Shown piece after piece: positions 31,883 through 34,806 of a stretch of 34,806 nt of DNA; position 1 is the first letter of the stretch, and the number at the start of each line of letters is the position of its first letter. The notes below the pieces were generated by a model, which saw only the letters and a list, made by a program, of their open reading frames with translations, ran no database searches and was not told the DNA's origin. Position numbers and translations under genes: made by a program. The stretch lies in assembly GCA_030167865.1 (NCBI GenBank), contig JALAGF010000584.1:1-34806 (forward strand), in the 5' to 3' direction. This stretch comes from Craspedostauros australis (taxonomy: Eukaryota).

Positions 31883-33771
31883 ATGGAACAGATTACTTCT
31901 CCCGCGCCGCGGTCCGCCCGCCAAAAAACTCCCAGCCGTTCAAATAAGAAGTCGGTGACTCGTGAAGTCGATCTCTCTGTGTTGGATTTTTTGCTCGGAG
32001 CAAGTCGCTTGGACACATTCAAAGCTCACTGTGACGACAATCAGCACATCCATGGCAAGCGCAATTCTGATCTGCGCGAAGCCAGCCGCCAACGAATGTA
32101 CTACCTCAGAAGACGGCTGGACCGAGCTGGCCTTTTGGCACTACAGCAAACACACAGAGAGGCCCTTGAGCTGGAGAATGACAGAGGAGATCACAAACCA
32201 GCCAAGGAGACGATCGACACGCCAACAGTCGCATCAACACCTCCCACTTCCGTGCCAACCGCACCAATATCAACAGTATCGACAACAACCTCACCACCAC
32301 AAAGACGAAGGATCAACTTCAGCTCATACAAGAACAAGATGGCGAAGAACAGCGATGACACCAGCAACTTCACCAACGAAGATCATGCTGGGATGGAGTA
32401 CAAGATAGACCTCGACCGCCCTTTCCAGAATGCCGACAACACGATCATCTATCGTGTCAATGACGTGCTGCTGGATGGCCGCTCCCTGGACTGCCTTGTC
32501 ATCCGCAAGTTCATTCTGGACAAGGATGATGTCACGAAGGTGAAGGCATCCCTGTGCGATGATGGGATCTCTATCAAGATTGAGGAGCCAAGCGTCCCAG
32601 CCGTGATGCTCGAGAGATCCACACAAACAATGTTTCTCACAAAGAAGGGGAACCATGATCCCAACATTGGGAGGGAAAAGAATGCCTTCAACAAGCTCGT
32701 CAACAGAGAGCTCAACAGAGGTGCAGAGACCAAGTACACCTACTTCATCTGCCCTGATGGCATGGTGCTCTCCACCAACTACTTTGGAAACGAGCCAGAG
32801 CGCCTCGCGAAAACGTACCGACCGATCGCAAAGCATCACATCCACCACAAGAGCCACATGGAATATCAAATTCCAATGAATGTGGTGTACTGGAAAGTTG
32901 CGATCAAGGGATTCGATGGAAAGGTGGACATCGAGGAAGACCACAGCGAGGGTGAAGACGATTTCTTCGCAATGATGGGCAAAGCCGGTGCGTAAAACGA
33001 GCATTTGATTCGACCTGATTGACCTGTGCTTTGCTCTACCATTGTAGTAACATCAAATTAGACTGATTACTCACAAACAAACACCAACTGCTCTTTCTTC
33101 ATTGACGTGCACGCACCCAAACTGTCATGATTCGCACAGCATCGCTTACCGTCGCCGGTAGTGGCAGGCATGATGCAAATGACAACATGAGCATGAGCGA
33201 CGTCTCAAGCTACGCAGAGAGCCCAGAAGACCCTACGCCAAACCAAACCTTCAGCCATGGCGGTGTCATCCATCCAGGTCGTCCGGACCCAGTCCATAGC
33301 AATGATGATGGCATCTATCCAATTTGTCCGGACCCAGTCTATAGCAATGACAATGGCATCCATCCAGCTCCTGCGAATCCGGCTGAAACTGTGGAAGGCA
33401 TCGATGCATTGGACTTGCAATTGCCATTTGCGCCAGCAGATGCTCTGAAGCCCGCTGCGGAAGAACCAGCAGCAGTTAAAATTGCGACAGTGGCGCCTGC
33501 TACTGTTGCTTGCTGTGCCCCTGCAGCTTCGAGCAACCCAACAGACACAATCATGGGCGACGAAGGGCAGCACCTCAAGCGCTCTCATCCCGTGCTGCGC
33601 CACAACAATCTCCCGAAGAAGATGAAGGCTGACAAGCATGAAGAAGACAGCAAGCTTGCATCAATTGATCTTGCATCGATTGATCTTGCAGTCAACACAC
33701 GTGTTCCAAGCAGTGACACTGATTCTGAGAGTGTTGACGAGGCACTCGAACTCTTCTATTCCCAGGCATGA
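31883..33771 (+). CDS. Transposon-associated hypothetical protein: 370 aa if unspliced (31883-32995), or ~578 aa if intron 32988-33139 is removed
   Basis: Likely ATG at 31883 (MEQITSP). N-terminal helical domain (CDDNQHIHGKRNSDLR...RMYYLRR), Thr/Pro linker and a beta-rich domain. Donor G|GTGCGT at 32988 and acceptor CGCACAG| at 33139 would fuse the 33127..33771 ORF in frame. Confidence 0.68.
33266..33368 (+). repeat. In-frame 45-bp tandem duplication (PDPVHSNDDGIYPIC / PDPVYSNDNGIHPA)
   Basis: GTCCGGACCCAGTC(C/T)ATAGCAATGA occurs twice, 45 bp apart. A separate 15-bp repeat (LASID x2) lies at ~33655-33690. Confidence 0.85.
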
Positions 33772-33843
33772 AGCAATCTGTTGCAAACATTGAAGTATTC
33801 TATAAGTAATCAACTAGTTCCTACTACTCGACTCCCATGTTGT

Positions 33844-34806
33844 TTAGATGTCAAATATTGGATGGCCATGGTCGAGTTCGTACTGAATCAAAACACAGCA
33901 GGCCTCAAATAGGCACTGATGCTTGCTCAGTTGATTGCGGTACCCATTCGCAAGTGCTTGGAAGTTCTTGATTCTTCCGTTAAAGCTCTCATGCCGTGCT
34001 CTTGCTCGATTCTTGAACTTCCTCACAGCAGCAGAATCACACGGATTTGGGGCACTGATTGTAGGCTCATTGTTGTACCCCCCATCAGCAATTACCAGGG
34101 CATTCGGTGGGATCTTGGATTTGAGACCATCTGGCTTGCGATACATCACCAGATCTGAAGTGGAAGCTGGAAATGGCCCATTGATCCACACCAGCTTGCT
34201 CTCTGCCAGGGATATCCCGAGCTCATACGTCAAACCAGCTGAGTGAGACTTGTGAGAGTACCACTTGGTTCCTGGGTCCATCCGTGGTTCTTGGATCCTG
34301 ATGTGAACACCATCAACAGTGATGATGAAGTGTTTATCGTCTCCTGCAAGTTCTGTTGTGTTTGGCGGCCAGATGACCTATTGATGGTGTACCAGAATGA
34401 AAAGAAAGAAGAGAAACATGTGAGAGAGTTCGTTCGAGAGAAGGAAATGAAAGAAGCATTCCAGCACAAGATTCCCTTTGTCACACTTGCCTTTTGTGGC
34501 AGCAGGGCTTGAATAGCTGGCAAGTACGACCAGATGAGACCACGGATAGTCTTCTCATCCAAATTCCATCGGCCAGCCATCACATGCTCTGTGCAGTATG
34601 TTTTCAGCCAGTTCAAGACAACAAAGAGATCGCGCGGACGCGGACGTTTGAATTGTGCCGTTTGGCTGTTGAAGAGATCCACGAAGAGGGAAGCAAAGCT
34701 TTCAGGGCACAGTCCGTACGTTGCAGCAAAGCGAGTCTGCATCGTGCGATCTGCCATCTTTTCCTGACGGAAACCGGCATACTTGAGGCCAAGTGTGAGC
34801 ACTTCA
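33844..34806 (-). CDS. DDE transposase, PIF/Harbinger-like (DDE_Tnp_4); exons >34806-34491 and 34377-33844; 5' end outside the window
   Basis: Exon 1 has an HTH-like region (LNWLKTYCTEHVMAGRWNLDEKTIRGLIW). Splicing 34490-34378 gives ...LPQK|VIWP...FIITVDGVHIRIQEP...WYSHK...WINGPFPASTSD...VIADGGY...RARHESFNGRIKNF, which contains the catalytic acidic residues with no stops. Confidence 0.92.

Larger units (their letters stand above)
28895..34806. mobile_element. PIF/Harbinger-like (PHIS group, DDE_Tnp_4) DNA transposon with several accessory ORFs; right end outside the window, left boundary approximate
   Basis: DDE transposase at the right end and a phased repeat array plus hairpin at the left end. 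Tightly packed accessory ORFs lie between them. Composition shifts visibly to CpG-poor, TpG/CpA-rich sequence. TIR and TSD cannot be confirmed with only one end visible. Confidence 0.65.

Noticed and set aside
32395-32780. TnpB/Fanzor RuvC nuclease in the 31883 ORF (KIDLD, KIEEP)
   Set aside because: The spacing is too short and beta-rich for a bridge helix, and there is no CxxC zinc finger or RuvC-III motif.

Overview
This is eukaryotic DNA, most likely from a diatom. That is an inference from the mostly intronless genes, microsatellite-rich intergenic DNA, a silaffin-like Lys/Gly/Ser protein with RXL motifs and a diatom-style DDE transposase. The left ~28 kb holds host genes: an NTE/PNPLA6-type patatin phospholipase, two tandem GT31-like glycosyltransferases, two long disordered Ser/Arg-rich proteins, a small membrane-anchored protein ending in CPCCI, and a GT10 fucosyltransferase. 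It also holds two spliced genes that the ORF track splits: a coiled-coil protein and a secreted silaffin-like protein. The right ~5.9 kb (about 28,895 to the window end) looks like one PIF/Harbinger-like (DDE_Tnp_4) DNA transposon, cut off on the right. It carries a 10-copy 20-bp phased repeat array, a decayed ORF-like segment, a small basic two-repeat helical protein, a larger protein with a possible HSP20/alpha-crystallin-like domain, and an apparently intact transposase split by a GC-AG intron. The multi-gene transposon and the silaffin-like gene are the best leads. All family calls come from reading motifs by eye; no searches were run.
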